A DNA stretch of 33,703 nt, taken from a virus. Below, in pieces: positions 33,234 to 33,703 of this stretch. The position numbers were made by a program, and so were the translations under genes. The notes under the pieces are model-generated. The model saw nothing but the letters and a program-made list of their open reading frames with translations. It was not told where the DNA came from and did no database searches. The number at the start of each line of letters is the position of its first letter. Position 1 is the stretch's first letter. The stretch is taken from UHGV virus genome UHGV-0214299; one strand, 5' to 3'.

Positions 33234-33703
33234 TTGCGTTTACCTGCCACAAAGAGGCCAAAGCCTATCAGGGAGAGGGGGATGACATAGGCTATAATAG
33301 ATATATCGCCGGTCTTGGGAATATGGATATTGCCGGCCACATTCTGCCCGTTCTTCCCTGCATTCACGTCGTTGAAGTGATAGGTAAATATCCGCGAGCG
33401 GTCGCCGGCCTTTGCGGCGTTGAGAAGTTCCTCGGCAGTTTCGGCGTTTTCCGCGGCCTTATCCGCTATCTGTATCTGGAAGCAGGCAGGGAAGGATACT
33501 ATCATGCCCTCCACTATGTATTCGCCGGTAGCGAGGGGAATATTAGGGGCGTCCTTATATTCTATGCCCTGCTTTGCGACGTGCAGCTCCAGATCCTTGG
33601 TGCTGGCCCACTTGGGAACGGTGATCTTCACCCTGAGAGCGAAATTCATGTCGGCGGCATAGCCAACCTTGGTTATCTTCTCATAGGTCTTGATGTCGGC
33701 GGC
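33230..33703 (-). CDS. C-terminal part of the origin-spanning sortase-anchored surface protein (about 195 aa total)
   Basis: Frame is open from 33703 and ends IPKTG-DISIIAYVIPLSLIGFGLFVA-GKRK*; the stop overlaps the endolysin ATG (ATGA). Confidence 0.85.
   Translation of the reverse strand, partial: AADIKTYEKITKVGYAADMNFALRVKITVPKWASTKDLELHVAKQGIEYKDAPNIPLATGEYIVEGMIVSFPACFQIQIADKAAENAETAEELLNAAKAGDRSRIFTYHFNDVNAGKNGQNVAGNIHIPKTGDISIIAYVIPLSLIGFGLFVAGKRK

Larger units (their letters stand above)
1..33703. mobile_element. Complete temperate siphophage genome (circularly closed), Clostridia-type host
   Basis: Full set of packaging, head, tail, lysis, lysogeny and early modules. An ORF is continuous in frame across the 33703/1 junction, and an attP-like site lies next to the integrase. 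Confidence 0.93.

Noticed and set aside
3753..33703. A second DGR variable repeat elsewhere in the genome
   Set aside because: No other TR-like segment or matching C-terminus was seen by eye; a BLASTN of 2109-2242 against the window would settle it.

Overview
The window is almost certainly a complete, circularly closed genome of a temperate siphovirus of a Clostridia-type (Firmicutes) host. One ORF runs in frame across the end/start junction, and an intact attP-like palindrome sits next to the integrase. Most genes are on the minus strand. Read in transcription order they are: Cro-like gene, early/replication genes (PcfK, PcfJ, DUF3102, Phg_2220_C-type protein, HUH Rep-like protein, VRR-NUC, DUF551, ArpU/RinA-like activator), HNH, terminases, portal, HK97 protease and capsid (with an Ig-like tail), neck and tail genes (with a -1 frameshift chaperone), Dit, tail-tip protein and a collagen-like fibre. 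Next comes a complete diversity-generating retroelement: target gene with VR, hairpin, avd, TR and RT, with 10 of 10 TR/VR mismatches at TR adenines. After it come a CBM-like protein, a sortase-anchored (IPKTG) surface protein coupled to the endolysin, a holin and a self-regulated acr/aca-like operon. The plus strand carries the lysogeny module: a CI without an autocleavage domain, a DEDDh exonuclease-BRCT protein and a large serine integrase. The less obvious highlights are (1) a LexA-box-controlled antisense micro-ORF that resembles the CI C-terminal helices (SinI-like antirepressor), (2) the cell-wall-anchored protein inside the lysis cassette, (3) the candidate anti-defence operon, (4) large structured intergenic elements whose G-U pairing favours the antisense strand, and (5) an adenine-free core in the DGR TR. 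All family assignments come from motif recognition by eye; no database searches were run.
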